Notes under the pieces: model-generated
What the model was told of the DNA's origin: nothing
The model's database searches: none
Seen by the model: the letters and a program-made list of their open reading frames with translations, nothing else
Translations under genes and position numbers: made by a program
In this document: positions 17,352-28,105 of the stretch, in pieces
How the letters are laid out: every line of letters starts with the position of its first letter
Position numbering within the stretch: position 1 is the stretch's first letter
Assembly: GCA_049521795.1 (NCBI GenBank)
Contig: JBEKOM010000002.1
Coordinates: 1 to 64,000, forward strand
Direction of reading: 5' to 3'
DNA from: Candidatus Bathyarchaeia archaeon
GTDB lineage: Archaea > Thermoproteota > Bathyarchaeia > Bathyarchaeales > Bathycorpusculaceae
Length of the DNA: 64,000 nucleotides

Positions 17352-18047
17352 ATGTCTGAAGCATCTCAGCTATTCAAGCAAGTCATCAAGGGCGGAAGGA
17401 AGTCTCTTCTTGAAACTGAGGCCAAGACTGTCTGTATGGAGTACGGGATCCCCGTAACGAAGTTCATGTTGGCGAAGAACGAGACAGAAACTCTCAAGTT
17501 TGCGATGTCAATTGGTTTTCCAATAGTTCTGAAAATCGTTTCCCCGGACATCATCCATAAGTCAGACGTTGGAGGCGTCGTGGTCGGCATCAGAAACGCT
17601 CGAGAAGTTCGAAGTGGCTACAGAACCATCATGGACAATGTTAAGAAACACAATCCCATGGCAAGGATCGTGGGCATGCTGGTTCAGGAAATGGCCCCAG
17701 CCGGAACAGAAGTCATAGTAGGCTCAATCAAAGACCCGCAGTTCGGACCGGCTTTGATGTTTGGACTCGGCGGCGTGTTTGTGGAGGTTCTGAAAGACGT
17801 AACCTTCAGAATCGCACCGGTAAACGAAGACGAAGCAGCTGAAATGATAACCGAGGTGAAGGCTTATCCTCTGTTGAAGGGCTACAGAAACATGCCTCCG
17901 GCTGACCTTAAGGCAATAATCAAGATCTTGCTGAACACTTCAAAGCTTGTTATGGACAATCCTGAAATCAAAGAACTGGACCTGAACCCCATAATCGTGT
18001 ACGAGAAGGGAGCAAAAACCGTCGACGCAAGAATCATACTTGAGTAG
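17352..18047 (+). CDS. ADP-forming acyl-CoA synthetase beta subunit (ATP-grasp)
   Basis: LKIVSPDIIHKSDVGGV, DPQFGP, FGLGGVFVEVLKD, ELDLNP. Confidence 0.92.
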   Translation: MSEASQLFKQVIKGGRKSLLETEAKTVCMEYGIPVTKFMLAKNETETLKFAMSIGFPIVLKIVSPDIIHKSDVGGVVVGIRNAREVRSGYRTIMDNVKKHNPMARIVGMLVQEMAPAGTEVIVGSIKDPQFGPALMFGLGGVFVEVLKDVTFRIAPVNEDEAAEMITEVKAYPLLKGYRNMPPADLKAIIKILLNTSKLVMDNPEIKELDLNPIIVYEKGAKTVDARIILE

Positions 18048-18188
18048 ACCCATAACAGCGAAAAGAACTACAAACTGGCCCTTTTTCAACAAAACACGTT
18101 GCAACACAACCTTCTCCTCGTAGCCCCGGCCATAGGGGTAAGAGTAATTAAACAGATTCCAGAATGGAAAAGACAGAAGGAAACAGCA

Positions 18189-19064
18189 TTGTCAACGCAG
18201 GAGAAAACGCGGGTGATCAACGAACTAACCCAGAAACTCGCACCTTTGACTGAACAGAAAGACACATTGGACGACGAAGCAAACAGACTGGCCGAGAAGC
18301 GGAACAGACTTAATGAAGAGCTGAGAAACCTACGCACTGAAATACAAGAGCTGCGCAGTGAGAGAGACCAGACAAACGAAAAAGTGAAGGAACTAAAACA
18401 GCAGCGGAATACCACCACATCCAGAATCCACGAAGAGATTGAAGAAATAAAGAAACTAGGCGAGGAAGGGCATGATTTCTTAAAGAAAATACCCTCAAGG
18501 AGCCATAGGGCTCTCGAAGAAGAAGTCGAAAGCATAGACTGGAAGATCCAGACAAGCTCCTTAACGCTGCAGGAAGAAAAGGACTTGGTCGGGAAAGTGA
18601 AGGCGCTGGAGACACAATTGGACGTCCACAGAAAAGTTGAACAGTTGGAAAGGAAGATCGACGCGTTACACAATGAGGTCAAGAATCTTAAGGCTGAACG
18701 TGAACGCTGTCACGAAGCACTGACCGCCCACTCGCAGAAGAGTCAGGAAATTCATGCCAAAATGCTGGCAAAAATAGAGGAGTCAAAGAAAACTAAAACG
18801 GAGGCCGACGACGCTCACAAACGATTCCTAGAAACGAGGGAAAAGACCAAACCGCTTCGAGCGGAGATCGCAGCCATTTCCCACAAAATCAGACAGTTGG
18901 AGACCGAAGTGCGAGAGGAACACGAGAAAGAAAGGAAACAGAGTGAGAGCCTGCTTCGCCAAACAGTCGAGAACAGAGCAATGGAGAAGCTGAGAAGAGG
19001 AGAGAAACTGAGCTGGGAAGAGTTCCAACTTGTCGCGGAAAAGGGATTGACGTCTAAGGGTTGA
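18189..19064 (+). CDS. Archaeal coiled-coil protein (COG1340-like)
   Basis: Heptad-rich; IDWKIQTSSLTLQEEK; C-terminal KLRRGEKLSWEEF; TTG start 18189 (ORF open from 18099). Confidence 0.8.
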   Translation: MSTQEKTRVINELTQKLAPLTEQKDTLDDEANRLAEKRNRLNEELRNLRTEIQELRSERDQTNEKVKELKQQRNTTTSRIHEEIEEIKKLGEEGHDFLKKIPSRSHRALEEEVESIDWKIQTSSLTLQEEKDLVGKVKALETQLDVHRKVEQLERKIDALHNEVKNLKAERERCHEALTAHSQKSQEIHAKMLAKIEESKKTKTEADDAHKRFLETREKTKPLRAEIAAISHKIRQLETEVREEHEKERKQSESLLRQTVENRAMEKLRRGEKLSWEEFQLVAEKGLTSKG

Positions 19065-19276
19065 GCTCGTCACTCGGCTCTACGTCAGCTCTTCGAGCAT
19101 CGTGCTTGATTGCGGTGAAAAGCGTTAGAATACCTCGCGCTCTTAGACTTGTAGCAAATCCATGGACTTTTTTGCAAGGGTCTGCGCTTCCGCGAGCGCT
19201 GAAAGGCACAAGGTTAGTTGCAGAAACATAAGATTAAAGTGATTACGCACAGATATAATCAGAGAAAGAGATAAGC

Positions 19277-20455
19277 ATGAAAGAGGCGGCTGGAAAAGAA
19301 CAGAAACGCATTCTTGTTCTGTGCGTGGACAGAGACGATGATCTAGGAGCTAAGGCCGGAGTCAAGACGCCCGTTGTCGGAAGGGAAGAAAACCTCGATG
19401 CTGCGGTATCCTTGGCTCTGAAGGACCCTGAGGAACCTGACGCGAACGCCATCTTCGAGGCAGTACGCGTATATGACCGATTGAAGGCCGAGGACAAGCC
19501 GGATGAAGTCGTTGAAGTGGCAACTCTATCTGGCTCTGAACTTGGAGGGGTTAGCGCAGACAGAAAGGTTGTCTCTGAACTGAACGACCTGCTCGGTTCT
19601 TTTTCGGCGAGCGAAGTGATTCTCGTGACTGACGGGTACTCAGACGAAGCAGTCTTGCCAGTTGTTCAATCTAGGGTGCCCGTATCGTCTGTCAGGAGGA
19701 TAGTTGTGAAGCACAGTGAGTCGATAGAGGAGACAGCTGCCCTCTTCTGGAAGTATCTCAGAACCTTGGTGGAGAATCCGCGCTACTCACGCATTGCACT
19801 GGGATTGCCTGGTTTGCTCATTCTGATCCTGGCAATCTTTTCGATTGTCGGCTTTGTCCAGTATTACGTGATAGCCTTCGTGCTTGTTTTAAGCGTGTCC
19901 CTTCTTGTCAAGGGATTCGGAATAGACAGGATGGCTAAAGGTTTCTACAGGTGGCTCAAAGAGTATTCCCCGCCGCCTCTTCGAGTGCAGATTTCAAATT
20001 TCTCTGGAATAGCCGGGGCCTTATGCGTGGTGCTTGGCGTCTACTTGGGTTGGACCACGGCCGCGCCTCAGGTTTCTGTCCAAAGCGATATTGCTGGATA
20101 TCTAAGCATCCTGCCTAGAGTCGCGGGCTTTTTCATCACAGGCGCCATCTTTCTCATCGTCGTCGGGATTTGTGTAGCCCTATTAGGCAGAGCCATCAGA
20201 TGGTACCTCGAACGTGACGCCAGACTGCTGCGTAACGGGGCTTTAATCGTCACGGTCGCTTGGTCCACTGAGATTTTCCTCGCAGCTTCGGACCTGCTGG
20301 TAGGAAGTGCAGGGCCTGACAAGGTTGTTTTCGCGATACTCGTCGGCATCTTGATCGGCGTAGCCTCGGTGCTTGTAATATTCGTCCTACACCGACGCGC
20401 AAGGCAATTCTTCCGCGAGACCGAAGAACAGGTCGAAGAACTTGCTGAAAGCTAG
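19277..20455 (+). CDS. DUF373 family membrane protein
   Basis: LVLCVDRDDDLG, DPEEPDAN, TDGYSDE, followed by a TM region. Confidence 0.9.
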   Translation: MKEAAGKEQKRILVLCVDRDDDLGAKAGVKTPVVGREENLDAAVSLALKDPEEPDANAIFEAVRVYDRLKAEDKPDEVVEVATLSGSELGGVSADRKVVSELNDLLGSFSASEVILVTDGYSDEAVLPVVQSRVPVSSVRRIVVKHSESIEETAALFWKYLRTLVENPRYSRIALGLPGLLILILAIFSIVGFVQYYVIAFVLVLSVSLLVKGFGIDRMAKGFYRWLKEYSPPPLRVQISNFSGIAGALCVVLGVYLGWTTAAPQVSVQSDIAGYLSILPRVAGFFITGAIFLIVVGICVALLGRAIRWYLERDARLLRNGALIVTVAWSTEIFLAASDLLVGSAGPDKVVFAILVGILIGVASVLVIFVLHRRARQFFRETEEQVEELAES

Positions 20456-21230
20456 AATTGCAATCATAGGCGGGTCAGGACTTGAAAGGTTATTCGAAAA
20501 GTCAGAACAGCCAATCATAAGAACGCCCTACGGAACAGCCCCTCCTGTGTCAATTGGAAAAGTGGGAGGCAAACAAGTGGTTTTCCTCCCGAGACATGGG
20601 TCTAACCATTCTGTTCCTCCGCATCGAATAAACTACAGGGCAATCATCTGGGCCCTGCACACGCTTGGTGTAATAAGAATCTTCGCCACAAACGCTGTTG
20701 GCGCCATAAACCGCGATTTCAAGCCTGGCCAGATTGCTGTCCCTCACGACTTTATGGACTTCACAAAAGCTCGGTGTACCACTTTCTATGACGAAGCGCC
20801 GGTTACGCATGTTGACTTTTCGCAGCCCTACTGTCCACAAATGCGGACGCTCCTGCTCGACGCGGCGAGAAAGACTGGAATACAAGTTTTGGACAAGGCT
20901 GTGATGGTTTGCACCGAGGGCCCTCGTCTAGAAACGCCGGCAGAAATAGAAATGTTCAGGCGCTTGGGCTGCGACATCGTCGGTATGACTGGTTTTCCAG
21001 AAGTTGTCTTGGCCAGAGAGCTTGAAATGTGCTACGCGTCAGCATGTTACGTATCGAACATGGCTGCTGGAATACGAAAGAGGCTTTCAACCCATGACGT
21101 TTCAAGGGTTTCCAAGCAGATCATGCCCAAGCTGGAGAAACTCTTAATTGAGAGCATTAGGGGTTTACCCATTGAGCGCAAGGAAGCTTGCCAGTGTGCT
21201 AGTGCACTTCGAAGCGCGAGGTTTGAATAA
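20442..21230 (+). CDS. mtnP: S-methyl-5'-thioadenosine/thioinosine phosphorylase
   Basis: IIGGSG, PRHG, INYRA, EGPRLETPAE, VGMT, SNMAAG. Confidence 0.9.
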   Translation: MLKARIAIIGGSGLERLFEKSEQPIIRTPYGTAPPVSIGKVGGKQVVFLPRHGSNHSVPPHRINYRAIIWALHTLGVIRIFATNAVGAINRDFKPGQIAVPHDFMDFTKARCTTFYDEAPVTHVDFSQPYCPQMRTLLLDAARKTGIQVLDKAVMVCTEGPRLETPAEIEMFRRLGCDIVGMTGFPEVVLARELEMCYASACYVSNMAAGIRKRLSTHDVSRVSKQIMPKLEKLLIESIRGLPIERKEACQCASALRSARFE

Positions 21231-22013
21231 GTGTTCAAGACGTTGTTGTCTGCTGTCGGCGTTTACAGGCTCTATGAAGGATGGCTGTGGCGTCAAGTGA
21301 ACGGCGGTGAAAAGCCAGAGCACATAGCGATAATTCTTGACGGGAACAGAAGATGGGCTTCAGAGAACGTTCTTAACCCTTGGCTTGGACACGAGAAAGG
21401 TGCAGAAAAAGTTGAAGAGCTGCTTGATTGGTGTCTGAAACTGGACGTCAAATCCGTCACTCTCTACGCTTTTTCCACAGAAAACTTTCGACGGACACCC
21501 GATGAGGTTGAAGAGATCATGCGGATCGCGGGTGAGCGGTTTCGCGAGCTTCTGACGGATGAGCGCATACGCAAAGACAAGGTCCGCGTTAAAGTCATTG
21601 GAAGAGTGAACCTCTTGCCTGCTGACCTGCAGCAGCTCATAGGGGATGTGGAGAAATCAACAGAGCACTATGATGAACACTTCCTGAACTTCGCCTTCGC
21701 TTACGGTGGAAGGGCCGAAATTGTGGACGCAGCTAGAAAGATCGCTGAGCAGGTGCACGAAGGCAGGCTTGACCCTGATAAGGTAGACGAGAAAACGTTC
21801 GAGCAGTACCTTTACACGTCGCACATGCCTCAGCAAGACCCAGACCTGATCATCAGAACTTCGGGCGAGGAGAGGCTGAGCGGCTTCTTGTTGTGGCAGT
21901 CTGCCTACAGTGAACTGTGTTTCTTAGACGTCTACTGGCCTGATTTTCGACTGATAGACCTCTTAAGAGCTGTTAGGACTTTCCAGAAGCGCAAGAGACG
22001 TTTCGGTGAATGA
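21231..22013 (+). CDS. uppS: cis-prenyltransferase (polyprenyl diphosphate synthase)
   Basis: IILDGNRRWA, FSTENFRR, YGGRAEI, IRTSGEERLSGFLLWQ, RRFG. Confidence 0.96.
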   Translation: MFKTLLSAVGVYRLYEGWLWRQVNGGEKPEHIAIILDGNRRWASENVLNPWLGHEKGAEKVEELLDWCLKLDVKSVTLYAFSTENFRRTPDEVEEIMRIAGERFRELLTDERIRKDKVRVKVIGRVNLLPADLQQLIGDVEKSTEHYDEHFLNFAFAYGGRAEIVDAARKIAEQVHEGRLDPDKVDEKTFEQYLYTSHMPQQDPDLIIRTSGEERLSGFLLWQSAYSELCFLDVYWPDFRLIDLLRAVRTFQKRKRRFGE

Positions 22014-22019
22014 GAACAT

Positions 22020-23243
22020 CTAAGCTCTCTTGCGTGCGCTCACTATCGAAACGACATCTCTGTCCTTCAGAACGTAGTCTTCGCCAAGTCGCTTGCCCTC
22101 TCTCGCCTCAACCGCGTATATGAAGCCCTCTCCCAACTCTGTGTGAATTATGTAGGCAAGTTGACGTGCGGTCGTACCGTACGGCACAAGATACGCGTCA
22201 GGCAACACTCTTCCTTCGTGGTTGCTCAGGTGTTCCAGATCCTCAACAGGATAGACCGTTATCATGTTCAAGAGTTTGAAAAAAGCCATGTTCACCGCTT
22301 CTTGAACCCCTGTCGAACCGAAGTCCAAGAGTATCTTTTCTCGTATGATTTCCAAGGCTTTGACTTGACTTTCACTAAGCCTTTCAGGCGCGTTTATTTT
22401 GAAGTTGCAGTCTCCAGGCCTGTAATCTATCAGCTGTTTCTCAGCGGCTCGTCTCAGCGCAAGCTCCGCCTCTGCGCAGACGGGGACGATGATGCGGTTC
22501 GATTCCCTTAACCGCTCTAGGTTCGCCTGTGAAGTGGGAATGTCCATCTTGTTTGCGACGACTAGCATTGGCTTAGAAACCTGTCTGAGCATATCTATGA
22601 ACTTCAGAAAATCTTCGTCACTCCAAAACGTTGGCTTCTCGCCGCTCAAGCCTGTTTTCCTTAACGCCTCAATAAGATGGCCTCTTCTTATTCCGAGGCC
22701 GCTCAACCGCTCTTCTAGCATGGTGAAAAGATCTTTGGATTCGGCTTCTGTTGTTCTCGCAATCTTGGGCCAGTCCTTTTTCAGTATGGTCGCCATCCAC
22801 ATTGTTATCTCATGTTCCAGGAACCTTACGTCTTCCAATGGATCATGCTCGCCCTGTTTGCATAGTCTGCCTTCGCAGTCCGTTCCTCCAGAGGCATCAA
22901 CGATGTGAATCAGCACGTCTGCTTTTCTGATTTCATCTAAGAACTGGTTGCCCAAGCCTCTTCCCTCCCACGCACCTGGCACTAGTCCCGCGCAGTCGAT
23001 AAACTCTATCGGGATCAGTCTCACGCCGTTCATGCAGATGGAGTTAGCAGGGTTGTCGCTGACGTTAAACTCCTCGTGCACGCAGGGGGTTCGAACGTAG
23101 CCTACTCCTCTGTTGGGCTTTATCGTAGTAAAGGGGTAGTTTGCTATTTCGGCCGGCGCAAGAGTTGCTGCACTGAAAAAAGTCGACTTGCCCGTGTTGG
23201 GTTTTCCCACTATGCCCAATAGCCTCGAATAAGATTTCTGCAT
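22020..23243 (-). CDS. ychF: Obg-family ATPase YchF with TGS domain
   Basis: GKPNTGKS, NYPFTTI, DCAGL, GLGNQFL, NKMD, IHTELG. Confidence 0.93.
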   Translation of the reverse strand: MQKSYSRLLGIVGKPNTGKSTFFSAATLAPAEIANYPFTTIKPNRGVGYVRTPCVHEEFNVSDNPANSICMNGVRLIPIEFIDCAGLVPGAWEGRGLGNQFLDEIRKADVLIHIVDASGGTDCEGRLCKQGEHDPLEDVRFLEHEITMWMATILKKDWPKIARTTEAESKDLFTMLEERLSGLGIRRGHLIEALRKTGLSGEKPTFWSDEDFLKFIDMLRQVSKPMLVVANKMDIPTSQANLERLRESNRIIVPVCAEAELALRRAAEKQLIDYRPGDCNFKINAPERLSESQVKALEIIREKILLDFGSTGVQEAVNMAFFKLLNMITVYPVEDLEHLSNHEGRVLPDAYLVPYGTTARQLAYIIHTELGEGFIYAVEAREGKRLGEDYVLKDRDVVSIVSARKRA

Positions 23244-23412
23244 GTCACATCTCACCAAAACTCTGCCCTGAGAGTTGCCAGCAAATACTCCACCTTGCAT
23301 CGGTCTGTATGACTTTGAACCATTTCATTGCGCTGTGCTCAATCACAGATTAATATAAGAGTATAGGGGGTCTATATGAAGTGAACCATCAGGCCAAGAG
23401 TTGAGAAGACGA

Positions 23413-24378
23413 ATGGTGGCAAACCTGTCGAGAGAACTGCTCCTTGACATGTTTCAGAAGATGCTTGAGATCCGCTTCTTCGAGGAGAAGGTCTTCGAGC
23501 TGTACGGTCAGAACCTTGTTCCAGGCACCATACACCTTTACGCCGGTGAAGAGGCTGTAGCAGTCGGTGTCTGCAGCAGCCTTCGAAAAGACGATCTCAT
23601 CACGAGCACACACCGCGGTCATGGGCACTGCATAGCTAAAGGAGCTGACATGAAACGCATAATGGCTGAGATTCTAGGAAAAGAAACTGGGTACTGCAAG
23701 GGGAAAGGAGGCTCGATGCACATTGCCGATTTCAGTGTCGGCATGCTGGGTGCCACAGCTGTCGTTGGAGCTGGATTACCGATAGCGGTCGGCGCTGGAC
23801 TGACGATGAAGCTCGGGAGAAAAGATCGAGTGGTCGCATGCTTTTTCGGTGAGGGGGCTTCAAACCAAGGAACTTTCCATGAGAGTTTGAACCTCGCGTC
23901 GGCATGGTCTTTGCCCGTGATTTTTGTCTGCGAGAACAATCTTTACGCAATGGGAACGCGTCAGTCTAGAATAATGAAGCTTCAGAACGTGGCAGATCGC
24001 GCTGTGGCCTATGGAATGCCAGGTGAAGTCGTCGAGGGAAACGACGTGCTGGATGTTTATGGAGCGGCCTGCAGAGCGGTTCACAGGGCAAGAAGCGGTG
24101 AGGGCCCAACGCTCATCGAATGCAAAACTTACAGGCACAAGGGACATTCTCGTGTCGACTCAGCCAAGTACAGGGCTAAAGAAGAGGTTCAAGAATGGTT
24201 AGCCAGAGACCCGGTCAAAAAACTGAGGGAGAGGATGCTGCAAGACAATGCTTTGTCGGCGCAGGAGATTGAAAAGATAGAGAAGAGAGCCTTGGCTGAA
24301 GTTGAACAAGCCGCAAGGTTTGCTCTGGACAGCCGCTATCCTGTTCCTGAAGAAGCTCTGGAAGATGTCTATGGCTAG
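23413..24378 (+). CDS. TPP-dependent 2-oxoacid/acetoin dehydrogenase E1 alpha
   Basis: THRGHGH, GKGGSMH, GEGASNQG...ENN, TYRHKGHS. Confidence 0.93.
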   Translation: MVANLSRELLLDMFQKMLEIRFFEEKVFELYGQNLVPGTIHLYAGEEAVAVGVCSSLRKDDLITSTHRGHGHCIAKGADMKRIMAEILGKETGYCKGKGGSMHIADFSVGMLGATAVVGAGLPIAVGAGLTMKLGRKDRVVACFFGEGASNQGTFHESLNLASAWSLPVIFVCENNLYAMGTRQSRIMKLQNVADRAVAYGMPGEVVEGNDVLDVYGAACRAVHRARSGEGPTLIECKTYRHKGHSRVDSAKYRAKEEVQEWLARDPVKKLRERMLQDNALSAQEIEKIEKRALAEVEQAARFALDSRYPVPEEALEDVYG

Positions 24379-24393
24379 AAGGAGAGGAAGCAC

Positions 24394-25368
24394 ATGAGAA
24401 GAATCTCCTATCGAGAAGCACTCCGGGAAGCCTTGAGAGAGGAGATGCGAAGGGACCCCACTGTGTTCTTGCTGGGAGAGGATATCGGCAGGTACTGGGG
24501 CGGAGCCTTCAAGGTCACTGAGGGTTTGGCGGAAGAATTTGGAGACGAGAGGGTCAGGGATACGCCGATCTCTGAGTCAGCCATAGTTGGGACGGCAGTT
24601 GGCGCTGCAATAACGGGTATGCGACCTGTTGCAGAGATCATGTTTGGAGACTTGACCGCTCTTGCTATGGATCAAATCGCGAATCAAGCGGCAAAGATAC
24701 GTTACATGTTCGGAGGCCAAGCGAGCTGTCCGATGGTTATCAGAACGCCCTTCGGTGCAGGCGTCAACATCGCTTCCCATCACTCTCAAAGCTTGGAGGC
24801 ATGGTTTATGCACGTTCCCGGATTGTACGTGGCCGTGCCTTCGACACCCTATGACGCAAAGGGACTTTTGAAGATGGCTATACGCGGGAACAACCCGGTG
24901 TTTTTCTGTGAACACAAGTTGCTGTATCCCGTTGAAGGAGACGTTCCAGATGAGGAGTGCCTGATCCCCTTCGGCGCCGCGGACGTTAAAAGGGAGGGGT
25001 CAGATGCTACGGTGGTCGCTACTCTGTATATGGTTCACAAAGCCTTGGCAGCGGCTGAGAGCCTTGAAAAAGAAGGCATAAGCGTAGAAGTCATTGACCC
25101 AAGAACCTTGACACCGTTAGACAAGAAAACGATCGTTGATTCTGTCAAGAAAACTGGAAGAATAGTTATAGTAAGCGAAGATTGCAAGACAGCTGGCGTG
25201 AGCGCTGAGATTGCGGCTGTGGTCGCCGAAGAAGCCATAGACTATTTGGATGCGCCGATAAAACGCGTGACGGCACCGGACACACCAATTCCATTCAGCC
25301 CACCTTTGGAGCAGTTCATAATCCCGAATGAGAAAGCGATAATCAGAGCCGTGAAGGAGATTGTCTAG
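24394..25368 (+). CDS. 2-oxoacid/acetoin dehydrogenase E1 beta
   Basis: GEDIG, DTPISE, EIMFGD, HHSQ, EHKLLY. Confidence 0.94.
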   Translation: MRRISYREALREALREEMRRDPTVFLLGEDIGRYWGGAFKVTEGLAEEFGDERVRDTPISESAIVGTAVGAAITGMRPVAEIMFGDLTALAMDQIANQAAKIRYMFGGQASCPMVIRTPFGAGVNIASHHSQSLEAWFMHVPGLYVAVPSTPYDAKGLLKMAIRGNNPVFFCEHKLLYPVEGDVPDEECLIPFGAADVKREGSDATVVATLYMVHKALAAAESLEKEGISVEVIDPRTLTPLDKKTIVDSVKKTGRIVIVSEDCKTAGVSAEIAAVVAEEAIDYLDAPIKRVTAPDTPIPFSPPLEQFIIPNEKAIIRAVKEIV

Positions 25369-25369
25369 A

Positions 25370-26476
25370 ATGCCGACGACGGTCGTGATGCCTCGACTCA
25401 GCCTGACGATGAAGGAGGGCAACGTGGGCAAGTGGTACAAGAAGGAAGGCGAAGCGGTCGAAAAAGGAGAAGCAATCGCAGAAATAGTCTCTGAAAAAGC
25501 GACCTACGACTTGGAAGCGTCATCTTCGGGGATCATACGGAAGATCCTAGTCGAAGAAGGCGTCGATGCGCCTGTTAACGCCGTCTTGGCCATAATAGGC
25601 ACGCGTGACGAAGCCATCGCTGAAGTGGAGGCGCAGGCAGCAGCCACCCAGACTGCCGAAACATTGGGTGAGCAGCGAGTTGTTGCTTCGCCTGCAGCCA
25701 AACGTCTTGCAAGAGAACATCAGATCGACCTTTCAAAGGTGCATGGAAGTGGCCCTGAAGGACGAATCGTAGAGGACGACGTCACCAGACTCATTGAACC
25801 GAAAGGCGGAGCTCAGCCCAAGGTCAAAGAAGTCGTGCCCTTAAGCGGTTTCAGAAAAACAACCGCAGAACGGCTTTCCATGAGCTTCAGGACCGCTCCC
25901 CACAGTGCGGTTGTGATGGAGGTTGATGTTTCTAAAGCCATGGTGCTTCATGAAAGACTTGAAGTATCCTATTCCACGCTCATCGTAAAGGCCGCAGCAA
26001 CAGCGCTGACTGAGATGCCCATCGTAAACTCAACTCTGGACGGCGACCGAATAAAAATCTTCGCGGACGTGAACGTGGGCGTTGCCGTCGCCACAGCAAA
26101 CGGCCTGGTCGTCCCTGTCATACGTAACGCGGATCAAAAGATGTTGAAGGACATTGACGTTGAAGTCGTAGAGCTGACCGAAAAGGCGCAGCTGGCAAAA
26201 TTGTCGAGAGAAGAAGTGACCGGAGGAACCTTCACCGTTACTAACCTGGGCATGTACGGAGTCGACTTTTTCATTCCAATAATCAACCCGCCAGAAGCTG
26301 CTATACTCGCGGTTGGAAGAATCGCAGAAAAGCCGACATCAGTCAACGGCAGGGTCGAGATCAAGCCTGTGATGATGTTAAGCCTGTCTTACGACCACAG
26401 GGTAATCGACGGCGCTCCTGCAGCCGAGTTCCTCCGAAAAATTAAAGACAAATTAGAGAAAAGTTCGAGTTTCTAA
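25370..26476 (+). CDS. Dihydrolipoamide acyltransferase E2
   Basis: Lipoyl domain EIVSEKAT, E3-binding ASPAAKRLA...GSGPEGRI, catalytic YDHRVIDG. Confidence 0.93.
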   Translation: MPTTVVMPRLSLTMKEGNVGKWYKKEGEAVEKGEAIAEIVSEKATYDLEASSSGIIRKILVEEGVDAPVNAVLAIIGTRDEAIAEVEAQAAATQTAETLGEQRVVASPAAKRLAREHQIDLSKVHGSGPEGRIVEDDVTRLIEPKGGAQPKVKEVVPLSGFRKTTAERLSMSFRTAPHSAVVMEVDVSKAMVLHERLEVSYSTLIVKAAATALTEMPIVNSTLDGDRIKIFADVNVGVAVATANGLVVPVIRNADQKMLKDIDVEVVELTEKAQLAKLSREEVTGGTFTVTNLGMYGVDFFIPIINPPEAAILAVGRIAEKPTSVNGRVEIKPVMMLSLSYDHRVIDGAPAAEFLRKIKDKLEKSSSF

Positions 26477-26608
26477 GAACAGCCCTTAACCGTTTGAAGC
26501 TTTCTGCGTCACGTGATTCGACGCTTCAAAGGAGCATCGAGGCTTTCTACCTAATCGTGTGTTTGGAAAGTTTTAAGTGCCAAGCTAAAGAAGAGCCATT
26601 GAACTGAG

Positions 26609-27634
26609 ATGAAAGCCGCCGTATACTACAGTCCGCGGGACACAAGGACAAAAGAGGTTGCTGTACCCGAAATTAGTGACCATGAAGTCCTTGTTGAGAT
26701 GAAAGCCTGCGGGATATGTGGTTCAGACCTCATGGACTGGTATCTCAAACCTCGCGCCCCACTTGTCCTTGGGCACGAACCTGCCGGAATAATCGCAAAG
26801 AAGGGAAAGAAAGTTGAAGAAGTCAACTTGGGAGACAGGGTGTTTGTGCATCATCACGTTGCATGCATGACATGCCACTACTGTCTGAACGGCGACTATA
26901 CCTTGTGCGACCAGTTCCACAAAACTAACATCAAGCCCGGTGGGTTTGCCGAATTCTTCAAAGTTCCATTTCCAAACCTTCAGCTTGACACGTTGAAGAT
27001 CCCAGAACACGTGTCCTTCGAAGAAGCCACTCTCATCGAACCTGTCGGCTGCTGCGTGAGAGCACTCAACAAGTGCAATCTCAAGGTGGGGGATTCGGTG
27101 GCGGTGATCGGCGCCGGGCCCACAGGGTTGATTCACACCGCTCTCTCAAAAATCTACGGTGCGTCAACGACGATCGTGAGCGACCTAATCGACTTTCGAT
27201 TGGGTTTCGCGAGGAAGTTTGGGGCAGACATGCTTGTCAACCCAAACAATGAAAATTTGACAGCGGTCGTCAAGTCTGCAACTGAGGGCAGAGGCGTGGA
27301 TATAGCGGTCGTCACCGCACCGAACTTGCAGGCGTACAGGGCGGGGATCGATGTTTGCAGGAAAGGCGGTAAGCTCTGCGTTTTCGCTCCCATCAATCCT
27401 GCCGCTCACTTACGTGTGAGCCCGAAAGAACTGTTTTTCTCTGAGACCCAGATAGTACCGTCTTATTCAACATCGCACTTGGAAACGCGAACGGCGTTGC
27501 ACCTCATTGAGTCCGGTAAGATAAAAGCGAAGGAGTTAATAACGCACCGTTTCAAGCTGGAAGACGCGGCAAAAGCTTTCAGGGTAGCCCTAGAAAGCAT
27601 AGAAAGCTTGAAGGTTGTCATCTTGAATAAGTGA
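26609..27634 (+). CDS. Zinc-dependent medium-chain dehydrogenase (sorbitol/threonine DH-like)
   Basis: GICGSD, GHE, CxxCxxC...C, GAGPTG. Confidence 0.92.
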   Translation: MKAAVYYSPRDTRTKEVAVPEISDHEVLVEMKACGICGSDLMDWYLKPRAPLVLGHEPAGIIAKKGKKVEEVNLGDRVFVHHHVACMTCHYCLNGDYTLCDQFHKTNIKPGGFAEFFKVPFPNLQLDTLKIPEHVSFEEATLIEPVGCCVRALNKCNLKVGDSVAVIGAGPTGLIHTALSKIYGASTTIVSDLIDFRLGFARKFGADMLVNPNNENLTAVVKSATEGRGVDIAVVTAPNLQAYRAGIDVCRKGGKLCVFAPINPAAHLRVSPKELFFSETQIVPSYSTSHLETRTALHLIESGKIKAKELITHRFKLEDAAKAFRVALESIESLKVVILNK

Positions 27635-27643
27635 AGGAGACGG

Positions 27644-28063
27644 ATGCTTCCCATGAAACTTAGAAACGAAGTGCAGGGTGTCATCTTTGATCAGAAGGAC
27701 CCGAAACTTGTCCTACTGGTCCAAAAGAAGGACAGAAGGGCCGCAACTCTACACTGGAGACTTCTTAAGGGCGGGGTCGACGAGGGGGAGACAGAAGAAG
27801 AAGCGCTTAGAAGGGAGATTTTTGAAGAGACTGGTCTGAAGAATATCAAGATCATGGGTCAGGTCCACAGGTACGAGTTCGTCTTCAACGAGGTTAGACA
27901 CACGGTGTCCAGTTTCTTGGTGAAGGCGGACTCCGGAGAACCCGTGAGGCTTCAGGAGTCGGAGCTTGCAGGTTACGCTTGGACGCAGGTTGAGAATGCC
28001 AATCGGCTCTTGTACTGGCGCAACGAGAAGGAAGCCATGGGAAAGTTAGGCCAGTTTCCTTAG
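27644..28063 (+). CDS. NUDIX hydrolase
   Basis: Nudix box GGVDEGETEEEALRREIFEETG. Confidence 0.9.
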   Translation: MLPMKLRNEVQGVIFDQKDPKLVLLVQKKDRRAATLHWRLLKGGVDEGETEEEALRREIFEETGLKNIKIMGQVHRYEFVFNEVRHTVSSFLVKADSGEPVRLQESELAGYAWTQVENANRLLYWRNEKEAMGKLGQFP

Positions 28064-28105
28064 TTGCTGTGCCGTTGACACTATGGCTGTTGAGGGTGCT
28101 GAAAA